From: Chloroflexota bacterium
Lineage (GTDB): Bacteria > Chloroflexota > Limnocylindria > Limnocylindrales > CSP1-4
Assembly (NCBI GenBank): GCA_012026785.1
Contig: VEOW01000115.1
Location: forward strand, 3,495-67,494
Direction of reading: 5' to 3'
Length of the DNA stretch: 64,000 nt
Shown: piece after piece, positions 19,189 through 32,303 of the stretch
Numbering within the stretch: the stretch's first letter is position 1
Layout of the letters: each line of letters begins with the position of its first letter
Translations under genes and position numbers: made by a program
Notes under the pieces: generated by a model
The model's input: the letters and a program-made list of their open reading frames with translations, nothing else
The model's database searches: none
What the model was told of the DNA's origin: nothing

Positions 19189-21219
19189 GTGGAGGTTCGC
19201 CGGGATGTCGGCATCATCGCCCGCGACGGCGTGCGGCTGTCGGCCAACCTGTTCCTGCCGGACGCCGTTGCGGACGGCGCGGCCGGGCCCTGGCCGGCGG
19301 TGCTGAACACCGACCCGTACCGGAAGGACGACTGGTCGGCGGGCTGGGACCTGACCCTCGCCTCGTACCTCGCGGAGCGCGGCTATGCGTACTGCCGCAT
19401 GGACGTCCGCGGCACCGGCTCATCCGCGGGGGTCGCGCTCGACGAGTACACCGAGGCCGAGAGCCGCGACGGCTACGACGCGGTCGAATGGCTGGCGGCC
19501 CAGTCATGGTGCAGCGGCGCCGTCGGGATGTGGGGCCTGTCGTACGGCGGCTTCACCTCGCTCCAGGTGGCGACGCTGCGCCCGCCGCACCTCCGCGCGA
19601 TCGTGCCGATCCAGGCCACCGACGACCGCTACACCGACGACGTCCACTACGTCGGCGGGGCGATGACGGTCAGCGAGCTGTCCCAGTACGCGGTCTCGCA
19701 GGTCGCCACGAACGCGATGCCGCCCGATCCGTCGGCGTGGGGCGAGGGCTGGCGCGACCGCTGGCGCGAGCGCCTCGAGGGGACCCCACCGTGGCTCTTC
19801 GAGTGGGCCCGCCAGCAGCGCGACGGACCCTACTGGCGGCGTGGCTCCGTGGCACCCGACTACGGCCGGATCGAGGCCGCCGTGCTCCACTTCGCCGGCT
19901 GGATGGACGAGTACGTCGACGCCGCCCTGCGGATGCAGGCGAAGTGCGTCAACGCCGCGGCCCATCGGACGATCGTCGGGCCGTGGGTCCACGGGCTCCC
20001 GGACCACGCCTACCCGGCGCCGAACATCGACTGGCTCCACGAGCTCGTCCGGTGGTTCGACCGGTGGCTGAAGGGGATCGAGAACGGCGTCGAGGCCGAA
20101 CCCGCGCTGACGTGGTTCGAGCGCGAGTTCACCCGGCCCGCGCGGTTCCCGGCGCGGCTCAACGGGGCCTGGCGGGCGGTGTCCGGGTGGCCGGTGCCGC
20201 AGGACAACCTCGTGTTCGACCTCGAGGGCGGTGCCGAGCCCGGGCGCGGACAGCTGGTTCGCGGGGCGCCAACGGGCGACGGCGAGGACGTGTTCCAGCA
20301 CCAACCGGCGGCCGGAGTGCGGGCGGGCTCGCTGTGCTGGGGCGCCGGGCACCGACCGAACGGCCTGGCGGCCGATCTCCGGCTGGAGGAGCCGAACGGG
20401 CCGGTCTACACGAGCAAGCCGCTCACCGCGCCGCTGGCCGTCCTCGGCGTGCCGACCGCCGCGCTCCACGTGACCTCGTCCGAGCCGATTGCCCACCTCG
20501 TGCTCAGGCTCGGTGACGTCGCCCCGGATGGATCGGTCGAGCAGGTCAGCGAAGGGATCCTGAACCTGGCCCATCGCGAATCGCACGCCGAGCCGGCGCC
20601 GCTCGAGCCGGGCCGGCGCTACGAAGTCCAGGTCGCGTTGCGGGCCGCCGGCTACCGCTTCCTGCCCGGGCACCGGATCCGGCTCAGCGTCGCGAGCGCG
20701 CACTGGCCGGTCATCTGGCCCTCGCCGGGCGCCGCGACGCTCTCGATCGCCCGTGGGCCGGCGGCGCCGGCGCGGCTCGTCCTGCCGCTCGCGCCGACTG
20801 ACGATGCTGTCGTGGCCGCGCCGTCGTTCCGCGACCCGCCGACGGGCCTCCGCGAGTTCGGGAGCGAGGTCAGCGAGCCCGTGCAATGGGAGGTGGTCGA
20901 CGACCCGGTCGCCGCGACCGTGACCGTCCAAACCCGGGAGGCCGCGACGACCACGTTGCCCGACGGCCACTCGACGCTCTACCTCGCCGAGGCACTGACG
21001 ATGTCCGCCTCGGAGCGCGCTCCGGGCGAGGGCCGCTTCGAGAACCGCTGCGACTACCGGCTGCATCGCGACGGCCTCCACGTCGAAGTCACGGCGGATG
21101 GGACGACGATCGCGTCGGCGACCGCCTTCGACTGGCGCGGCGGTCTCCGCGTCGCCGTCGATGGCGAGCCGTTCTTCGAGCGGCAGTGGAACGAGACGAT
21201 CCCGCGCGACCTGCTCTGA
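19189..21219 (+). CDS. CocE/NonD family hydrolase (peptidase S15)
   Basis: RDGVRLSANL, PYRKDD, DVRGTGSS, GLSYGG, GWMDEY, GPWVH; PepX-type C-terminal domain. Confidence 0.93.
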   Translation: MEVRRDVGIIARDGVRLSANLFLPDAVADGAAGPWPAVLNTDPYRKDDWSAGWDLTLASYLAERGYAYCRMDVRGTGSSAGVALDEYTEAESRDGYDAVEWLAAQSWCSGAVGMWGLSYGGFTSLQVATLRPPHLRAIVPIQATDDRYTDDVHYVGGAMTVSELSQYAVSQVATNAMPPDPSAWGEGWRDRWRERLEGTPPWLFEWARQQRDGPYWRRGSVAPDYGRIEAAVLHFAGWMDEYVDAALRMQAKCVNAAAHRTIVGPWVHGLPDHAYPAPNIDWLHELVRWFDRWLKGIENGVEAEPALTWFEREFTRPARFPARLNGAWRAVSGWPVPQDNLVFDLEGGAEPGRGQLVRGAPTGDGEDVFQHQPAAGVRAGSLCWGAGHRPNGLAADLRLEEPNGPVYTSKPLTAPLAVLGVPTAALHVTSSEPIAHLVLRLGDVAPDGSVEQVSEGILNLAHRESHAEPAPLEPGRRYEVQVALRAAGYRFLPGHRIRLSVASAHWPVIWPSPGAATLSIARGPAAPARLVLPLAPTDDAVVAAPSFRDPPTGLREFGSEVSEPVQWEVVDDPVAATVTVQTREAATTTLPDGHSTLYLAEALTMSASERAPGEGRFENRCDYRLHRDGLHVEVTADGTTIASATAFDWRGGLRVAVDGEPFFERQWNETIPRDLL

Positions 21220-21520
21220 GCGCTCGCGGCGTGAGGTCCCGGTCACCCGGGAAGGCGCGTCCGGTACCGAGGCGCGGCCCCGCACCAGGCGACGAGCCCG
21301 CACCTGACGCCCGATTCTTCGGCCCAACCCGCTTGCCGTTGCTATCGGCCGACGACTCCAGCGTCCGATGACGCGTCTGTCGCCTGAAGCAGGCCCGTGA
21401 GGCCCGTCGAGGCTGGTCCAGTCGCGGCGCGCCCGTTTCAGGCCAAGAATCGTGCCTCAGATGCACGGTCGTGGGCTGGAGAACGAGGAAAACGAGGGGC
21501 CGAGGGGAACGAGGGATAAC

Positions 21521-23659
21521 TCAGGCGCGAAGGTAGCGGTCGAACCAGGCGAGGATGCGGGTCATCCGATCGATCCGGCGATCCGGCCGGCCCGAGGCCT
21601 GGTAGACGTGGAACTCCTCCGGATAGAGGACGTACTCGACCGTTCGACCCAGCCACCGCAGGGCCACGAACAGCTGCTCATTGTCGGCCGGCGGGCAGCG
21701 CAGGTCCGCCTCGCCCTGGAGGATGAGCAGCGGCGTCCTGACCCGGGCGACGTTGGACAGCGGGCTCTGGCGCCACAGCCGCTCCATGCCCTCGCGATCG
21801 AGCGGCTCGCCGAGCCTGGCGTCGCGCGAGTAGGGCGCGCCGGTGTCGCTGTTGGCCCACGCCGACACCTGGTTCACGACGCCGTTGTCGGTGACCGCCG
21901 CGGCGAAGCGATCGGAGGTGCCCACGAGCCAGTTGACGAGGAACCCGCCGTACGAGAGGCCGAGCAGGCCGACCCGGTCAGGGTCGACGAGGCCGAGCCC
22001 GATCGCGTGTTCGAGCACCGCGTGGACGTCGTCGGCATCCACGCCGCCCCAGTCGCCGAGCTGCGGCGCGATCCAGTCACGGCCGTAGCCGGCCGAGCCA
22101 CGGATGTTCGGCAGCAGCACCCGGTAGCCGGCGGCGCACAGCAGCACGACCTCGATCGATGGCGCCGGCGTCCAGCCACCCAGCGGTCCGCCGTGGATGT
22201 CGATCACCGTCGGTCGGGCGGCGTTCGGAGCGCCGGCGCCCGGGACGTCGGCGGGCGAGGCAATCCAGGTCTCGCTCGGGCCGCCGGGGCCAGGCGCCTC
22301 GACGACCCGCATGACCGGCCACGGGAACCGGTCCCGCCAGCGGCTGCCGAGTCGGGTTCGGACGCGAGGTGCCACCGCCGGCCGGGCCTCGCCAGCGAGC
22401 GGCACCGTGACCAGCTCCATCGGACGATCGCCCACGCATGCCAGCAGGGTGACCCTCGCGTCGGCCGGTGCGTCGGATCGACTCGCGAGCGCGAAGCTGT
22501 AGGTCGCGAGGTCCGTCCCGGTGAGGGGGGCCGGAGGACGGGATGCATGGCCCGTCGCGGGATCGATCTCGAACCGCCAGGGTCCCGACCGCCCGCGGTC
22601 CGTGACGACGGCGACGATCGACCGGTCGTCGAGCCAGGCGGGCGTCGTCCGCGATGAGGCGACCCAGCCGAACAGGTCCGTGTCGGTCCAGTTGCCGAGG
22701 GGCCGGTCGAGCTCGGGCGCGACCGCGCGGGCCGGGCCGCTCCCGTCGGCCGGGCCAACCACGAGACCGGGGCTGGTGTCGTCGAAGGCGTCGGCGTCCT
22801 CGATCCCGACCGCGGCCAGCCAGCGGCCGTCTGGCGACCAGGCGGGGTCATAGGCTCGCCCGCCGAGCGCGAGGACCTCCCTCGGTGGCTCGGGGACCGA
22901 AGCGTTCGCGCGGACCGTCCAGATGGAGGATCTCGGCCGGGTGTCCGCCTCGGGCCGGGGGTCGGCGACGAAGGCGATCCGGCTGCCGTCGGGCGACCAG
23001 GCGAGGCCCGAGACGCCCCAGTCGCCCTCGGTCAACCGAATGGCTGTGGCGCCGCGCCTCGCCTCCACGACGTGGAGGTGGTCCCAGCGGTCGACGTGAC
23101 CGACCTCGTCGAGGCGCCAGTCGATTCGGGTGATGCGCCGAGCGAGCGGCGCCTCGTCGCCGCGGGGCTCGGCGCCGGCGAGGAACCGCGGCGGGGCTGC
23201 CTCGAGGCCGAAGGCCAGCCGCCGAGCGGCGGGCGACCAGGCGATCTCGCCGACCGACCGGCCGCGCGGGGTTCGAACCGGCCACGGGCGGCCGGACCGG
23301 TGCGGCCCCGCCCCCTCGCGAAGCGGGAGCACGAAGACGCGGCTGTCATCGTTCCCGGGGCGCTTGCCGCCGCGCCCAGCGGCCGGCGCAACCACGCGGC
23401 GCCGAAACGCGACCGCCCGCCCGTCCGGCGCGACCCGCGGCCGCGTGTCGCGGACCGAACCGGACGTCAGCTGGATGGGGGCGCGGGGTCCGTCGAGGGG
23501 CACGAGCCACAGGTGGGAGCGGTAGCGGTTGCCATGGACGAACCGGCGGACGACGACCGCGAACGAGCCATCGGCAGCGACGTCGTGCTCCTCCAGCACG
23601 ACCTGGCCTCGAATGACGGCGGCGGGATCGACCCCGCCCGAACCCCTGCGGATCGGCAC
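21521..23659 (-). CDS. S9 family peptidase (acylaminoacyl/prolyl oligopeptidase-like)
   Basis: PD40-like WSPDG repeats, IHGGP, NIRGSAGYG, GLSYGG, QGEADLRCP, YPEEFH. Confidence 0.93.
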   Translation of the reverse strand: MPIRRGSGGVDPAAVIRGQVVLEEHDVAADGSFAVVVRRFVHGNRYRSHLWLVPLDGPRAPIQLTSGSVRDTRPRVAPDGRAVAFRRRVVAPAAGRGGKRPGNDDSRVFVLPLREGAGPHRSGRPWPVRTPRGRSVGEIAWSPAARRLAFGLEAAPPRFLAGAEPRGDEAPLARRITRIDWRLDEVGHVDRWDHLHVVEARRGATAIRLTEGDWGVSGLAWSPDGSRIAFVADPRPEADTRPRSSIWTVRANASVPEPPREVLALGGRAYDPAWSPDGRWLAAVGIEDADAFDDTSPGLVVGPADGSGPARAVAPELDRPLGNWTDTDLFGWVASSRTTPAWLDDRSIVAVVTDRGRSGPWRFEIDPATGHASRPPAPLTGTDLATYSFALASRSDAPADARVTLLACVGDRPMELVTVPLAGEARPAVAPRVRTRLGSRWRDRFPWPVMRVVEAPGPGGPSETWIASPADVPGAGAPNAARPTVIDIHGGPLGGWTPAPSIEVVLLCAAGYRVLLPNIRGSAGYGRDWIAPQLGDWGGVDADDVHAVLEHAIGLGLVDPDRVGLLGLSYGGFLVNWLVGTSDRFAAAVTDNGVVNQVSAWANSDTGAPYSRDARLGEPLDREGMERLWRQSPLSNVARVRTPLLILQGEADLRCPPADNEQLFVALRWLGRTVEYVLYPEEFHVYQASGRPDRRIDRMTRILAWFDRYLRA

Positions 23660-23694
23660 GACGCGCAGGGTAGCCGCGGCGATAGGCTGCGGCC

Positions 23695-24540
23695 ATGGAG
23701 GTCCGGCGGTTCGAGTCGATCGAGGCCTTCCTGGGCCTCGCCGGGCCGTTCCTCGGCGCCCGCGAGGCCGAGCACAACCTCATCTTCGGCATCTGCTCGA
23801 ACGTCCAGGCGAACCCCGGCCTGTACGGGGAGGCGCCGCCCTATCTCGCGACGGTCCTCCATGGCTCGAACGTCGTCGCCGCTGCGGTTCGAACGCCACC
23901 GTGGCGGCTGGTGCTGTCGGAGATCGACCATCCGACGGCGGTCCAGCTGCTGGCGGCCGATCTCGAGGGCGAGCGCCTGCCCGGCGTCCAGGGGCCGGCC
24001 GGGGTCGCGGCCTCGTTTGCCAAGGCCTGGACGCGCCGGACCGGGACCCCCGCTCGGGCCCTCCGGAACCTGCGGGTCTTCCGGCTCACGAAGGTCCCGC
24101 CGCCGGTCCTCGCGCCGGGGCACATGGCCGACGCTTCGGCGGCCGACCGGGACCTCGTTGCGAGGTGGCTTCGGGCGTTCCACGACGAAGCGCTCTCGGA
24201 CAACCCCGAGCAGGACTACGACGACATGGCCGAGCGCTGGATCGCCGGCCAGGGACGGCGGCTCGTGCTGTGGATCGACGGCGGCCGGCCCGTCTCGCTG
24301 ACCGGGATCGGCGGACGCACGCCGAACGGCATCCGGATCGGCCCGGTCTACACGCCACCCGAGCTGCGCGGACGCGGCTACGCCAGCAACCTCGTCGCCG
24401 AGGCGTCTCAGGCCGAGCTCGACGCCGGGCGGCGCTTCGTGTTCCTGTTCACCGACCTGGCGAACCCGACGGCGAACCGGATCTACCAGGCGATCGGCTA
24501 CGAGCCGGTCGGCGACGTCGACGAGTTCGCATTCGACTGA
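23695..24540 (+). CDS. GNAT family N-acetyltransferase
   Basis: RIGPVYTPPELRGRGYA, LFTDLANPTANRIYQAIGY. Confidence 0.92.
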   Translation: MEVRRFESIEAFLGLAGPFLGAREAEHNLIFGICSNVQANPGLYGEAPPYLATVLHGSNVVAAAVRTPPWRLVLSEIDHPTAVQLLAADLEGERLPGVQGPAGVAASFAKAWTRRTGTPARALRNLRVFRLTKVPPPVLAPGHMADASAADRDLVARWLRAFHDEALSDNPEQDYDDMAERWIAGQGRRLVLWIDGGRPVSLTGIGGRTPNGIRIGPVYTPPELRGRGYASNLVAEASQAELDAGRRFVFLFTDLANPTANRIYQAIGYEPVGDVDEFAFD

Positions 24541-24657
24541 CTGCCGGTCGCTACCGGATCGCAACCAACGCTCCACCGCGTCGCCGCCGACGCTGCGTCG
24601 TGCGTGGACCAGACTGCCCCCCAGCGTCCGTGACCTTGCCTCGGAAGGAGGCTCGCC

Positions 24658-24891
24658 ATGTCCCTCGACTTCTCGACGACTTCACTCGGCTCCCGCGCCG
24701 TCCGCGACGGCCAGGCCGCTCCGGTGACCTGTGGCTCCTGTGGCTGCCGCCTGGAGTACGCCGGCCCGAGCGGCACCGCGGCCTGGTTCCACTACGGCCG
24801 GATGGGCGGCCGGGATGCCCGCGGCTGTCGGGTCGCCTGCATCGATGCGCCCCACGACGCCCACGGGAGGCCGCCGGCCATCCCGGCCTGA
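24658..24891 (+). CDS. Small Cys/His-rich hypothetical protein (possible metal-binding)
   Basis: Strong SD AAGGAGG; 77 aa with CGSCGC...WFHY...GCRVAC...PH. Confidence 0.7.
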   Translation: MSLDFSTTSLGSRAVRDGQAAPVTCGSCGCRLEYAGPSGTAAWFHYGRMGGRDARGCRVACIDAPHDAHGRPPAIPA

Positions 24892-24906
24892 CCTGGCGCG
24901 CCCGCG

Positions 24907-25638
24907 TCAGGTCTCCTCGTCGACCTCGATGCGATAGCCAACCCCGCGGATCGCGACGATCGCGGGGCCACCCGCGTCGTCGACCTTCCGGCGGAGCCGC
25001 GCGAGGTGCGGCTTCAGCCATAGCGGGTCTGGATCGGCCTCGGCCGGCCAGCCCGCGCGCGCGAGGCGGAGGTGGGGGACGAGGGCGCCGCCGGCGCGGA
25101 CGAGGACCTCCAGGAGGCGATACTCGGTCGGGGTCAGCGACAGCCGCCGGTCCTCGACGCGGGTTTCGTGGCGCCCGGGATCGAGCGCCAGGTTGCCGAT
25201 CTCGAGGAGGTTGCTCGTGGCCGAGGCTGGCGTCGCCGCCAGTCCACCGACGGCCCGCTCGGCCCGGCGCATGACGGCCCCGATTCGGGCCAGCAGCTCG
25301 GCTCGCCCGAACGGCTTGACGAGGTAGTCGTCGGCCCCGATGGCGAAGGCCCGGACCTTGGCCTCCTCGGCGCTCTCGCCGGTCACGACGACGATCGGGG
25401 CCTCGCCCTCGGCCCGGATCTGGCCGGCAACGGTGAAACCGTCGGGGCCGGGCATCGCAAGGTCGAGGAGGACGAGGTCGGGCCGCTCCTCTCGGAACCG
25501 ACGGACGGCCGTCAGGCCGTCGTAGGCGGTGATGACCTGGTGGCCCTCGGTGCCGACGAGGGCGGTGATGGCACCGACCATGGCCGGATCGTCGTCGACG
25601 ACGAGGATCCGCAGCGGGCGTGTGGCGACCACCCTCAC
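24907..25638 (-). CDS. OmpR/PhoB-family response regulator
   Basis: LVVDDD, LLDLAMP, GADDYLVKPF, wHTH LTPTEYRLL...IRGVGY. Confidence 0.93.
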   Translation of the reverse strand: MRVVATRPLRILVVDDDPAMVGAITALVGTEGHQVITAYDGLTAVRRFREERPDLVLLDLAMPGPDGFTVAGQIRAEGEAPIVVVTGESAEEAKVRAFAIGADDYLVKPFGRAELLARIGAVMRRAERAVGGLAATPASATSNLLEIGNLALDPGRHETRVEDRRLSLTPTEYRLLEVLVRAGGALVPHLRLARAGWPAEADPDPLWLKPHLARLRRKVDDAGGPAIVAIRGVGYRIEVDEET

Positions 25639-25648
25639 GCTCCCATCC

Positions 25649-26917
25649 TCACATCGCCGCCGCGGCCGGCAGTGACAGCACGAATCGCGCGCCGTGCCCG
25701 TTGGCCGGCTCGCACCACAGCCGCCCTCCGACCGAGTCGGAGAGACGCCGGGCAGCGTACAGCCCGATCCCGGATCCGCGGGCGGTCCGCGTCTCGCGAC
25801 GGGCGTACGGTTCGAAGATCCGTTCCCGCCACTCCTCGGGGATCCCCGGTCCCTCGTCGCTGACCGAGATCCGGATCGAGCCCTCGGCCATCCGCCAGTC
25901 GAGCGTGATCGTCGTCTCGGGCGGGGCGTACTTCACGGCGTTCTCGATGAGGTGCTCGAGGATCTGGCGGAGTCGGGCAGGGTCGGTCAGCGCGAAGTGG
26001 CGAATGCCGCCGCGGATGTCGACGCGATGCCGCGACGTGAGCGGCTCCAGCTCCGCGGCGGTCTCGGCGACGATCGCCCCGACGTCGGGCGGCTCGAGCT
26101 CGGCCGCCTGCTCGGGCGCGACCCGCACCGAGGCGAGAATCGAGTCGACCAGCCGATCCAGCCTCGAGACCTGGTCCATCGCGCCGCGATACCAGGCCGC
26201 TCGCCGCTCTCGGCGGTCCGGATCGCGTGACGAGCGGCCGTCGAGCGGCGGCTCCTCGGCCAGCAGGTCGGCGTAGGCGCGGACGACGGCGAGCGGCGTC
26301 CGCAGCGCGTGGGTCACGAGCGCGATGAGCTCGGCGCGAGCCTCGTCGAGGGCCTTCAGCTCTGCTGCCCGCGCCTCGGCCTCGCGCTGCAGGCGGCCCT
26401 TCTCGACGATCCCCGCGAGCAGGTCGGCGATCGCGCCGAGGTGGACGACGTCCGAATCGCTGAACTCGCGGTGGCGGTCGGTCTGGACGTTGAGCACGCC
26501 GACTGTTCGGTCGTTCCAGATCAGCGGCACCGACAGCATCGAGGCGATGAACCGCTTCTGGTCGATGCCACGGACCCACAGGAAGCGCTTGTCGCTCGGC
26601 ACGTCGTAGATCACGATCGGCTGCTTCGTCGCGGCGACCCGACCCGTCACGCCCTCGCCGAACGGCACCCGCGCGCGACCGATCTGGAAGCGGTCGAGCC
26701 CATTCGTGGCGGCCAGCGTGAGGTTCTTGCCGTCTCGGTCGACGAGGTACAGCGACGAGACGGTTGCCCGGAGCGCATCGCGGGTCTCGTCGACGACCGT
26801 TTCGAGCAGCTCCTCCCACGTCGTCGCGGTTGTCGCGAGGCGGGCGACGCGGTGGAGGAACCGCAGCTGGTCGAGCTGCTCCTCGGCGCGCGTGGGCGGA
26901 TCGAGCTGCTGGGTCAC
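25649..26917 (-). CDS. Cytoplasmic GAF-domain sensor histidine kinase
   Basis: GAF (SLYL..LAATNGL..GEGVTG..LSVPL), H-box THALRTPL, ENAVKY, DEGPGI, GSGIGL; no TM helix. Confidence 0.9.
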   Translation of the reverse strand: MTQQLDPPTRAEEQLDQLRFLHRVARLATTATTWEELLETVVDETRDALRATVSSLYLVDRDGKNLTLAATNGLDRFQIGRARVPFGEGVTGRVAATKQPIVIYDVPSDKRFLWVRGIDQKRFIASMLSVPLIWNDRTVGVLNVQTDRHREFSDSDVVHLGAIADLLAGIVEKGRLQREAEARAAELKALDEARAELIALVTHALRTPLAVVRAYADLLAEEPPLDGRSSRDPDRRERRAAWYRGAMDQVSRLDRLVDSILASVRVAPEQAAELEPPDVGAIVAETAAELEPLTSRHRVDIRGGIRHFALTDPARLRQILEHLIENAVKYAPPETTITLDWRMAEGSIRISVSDEGPGIPEEWRERIFEPYARRETRTARGSGIGLYAARRLSDSVGGRLWCEPANGHGARFVLSLPAAAAM

Positions 26918-27019
26918 CCATTCACGATAGCCGAGGGTGGCCTCGCAACCGAATCGCACCTCGAACGCCACCTCGCGGCCGTCGTCCGTTGGGACCCCGC
27001 CAATTGACACTGCGAAGGT

Positions 27020-31666
<4,647 letters not shown>

Positions 31667-31679
31667 GTGGCCGCGACGG

Positions 31680-32171
31680 CTACTGCCTGATGGGAGGAAG
31701 TCTGAGGATGTGCTTCGCCAGCACGCTGCCATCCTCGATCCGGCTGTGCACGACGACCTCGTCGCCGACGGCCAGGTCGTCGAGCTCGCCCCGGGTGCGC
31801 CCGAGCCGGACGGCCGTCTCGTCGCTCGTCTCGATCGTCACCGATGCCCCGTCGGCCTCCCCGATGACGACGGTCCCGTTGCCGATCGACTCGATCGTGC
31901 CGTGGTCGAGATGGTGCTCGACGATCTCGCCGGCGCGATCGATGGCGGTGACCTCGAGGTGGACGAGGTGGCGAGCCGCGGCCAGCCGAGCGAACGGACT
32001 GTGGCGGCCGAAGAGCGAGGCAGTAGCGCCAGGACGGTCATTCCCGGCGCCGGCCGCGGTGGCGTCGGCGGGCGGTTCGACCGAGCCAGCCGTGACAGCG
32101 GCAGCGCCGACGACGACCAGCGTCATGGTGGCGGCACCGGTCAGGACCAGGCGCCAGGGCGCAATGCGCAT
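31680..32171 (-). CDS. Hypothetical exported protein with OB-like (DUF5666-like) domain
   Basis: SD GGGAGGAG, N-terminal hydrophobic helix, GTIESIG...LDDLAVGDEVVV. Confidence 0.65.
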   Translation of the reverse strand: MRIAPWRLVLTGAATMTLVVVGAAAVTAGSVEPPADATAAGAGNDRPGATASLFGRHSPFARLAAARHLVHLEVTAIDRAGEIVEHHLDHGTIESIGNGTVVIGEADGASVTIETSDETAVRLGRTRGELDDLAVGDEVVVHSRIEDGSVLAKHILRLPPIRQ

Positions 32172-32303
32172 CGTGGTCTCCTCCCACATGGACGGCCTTC
32201 GAATCAAGGCCAGCTGTGCGTGAGCGTGATGCCCGAACATGAGCTGAGCGCCCTTCATTCGTCAGGGCGACGTAAGGCGTTCGCCCACCGGTAGGCTCAT
32301 CCC

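Noticed and set aside
17637..20516. 959-aa plus-strand ORF and similar long Arg/Pro/Gly-rich ORFs (e.g. 32262-34871, 7156-9159)
   Set aside because: Shadow frames of real genes in high-GC DNA, with no recognisable motifs.
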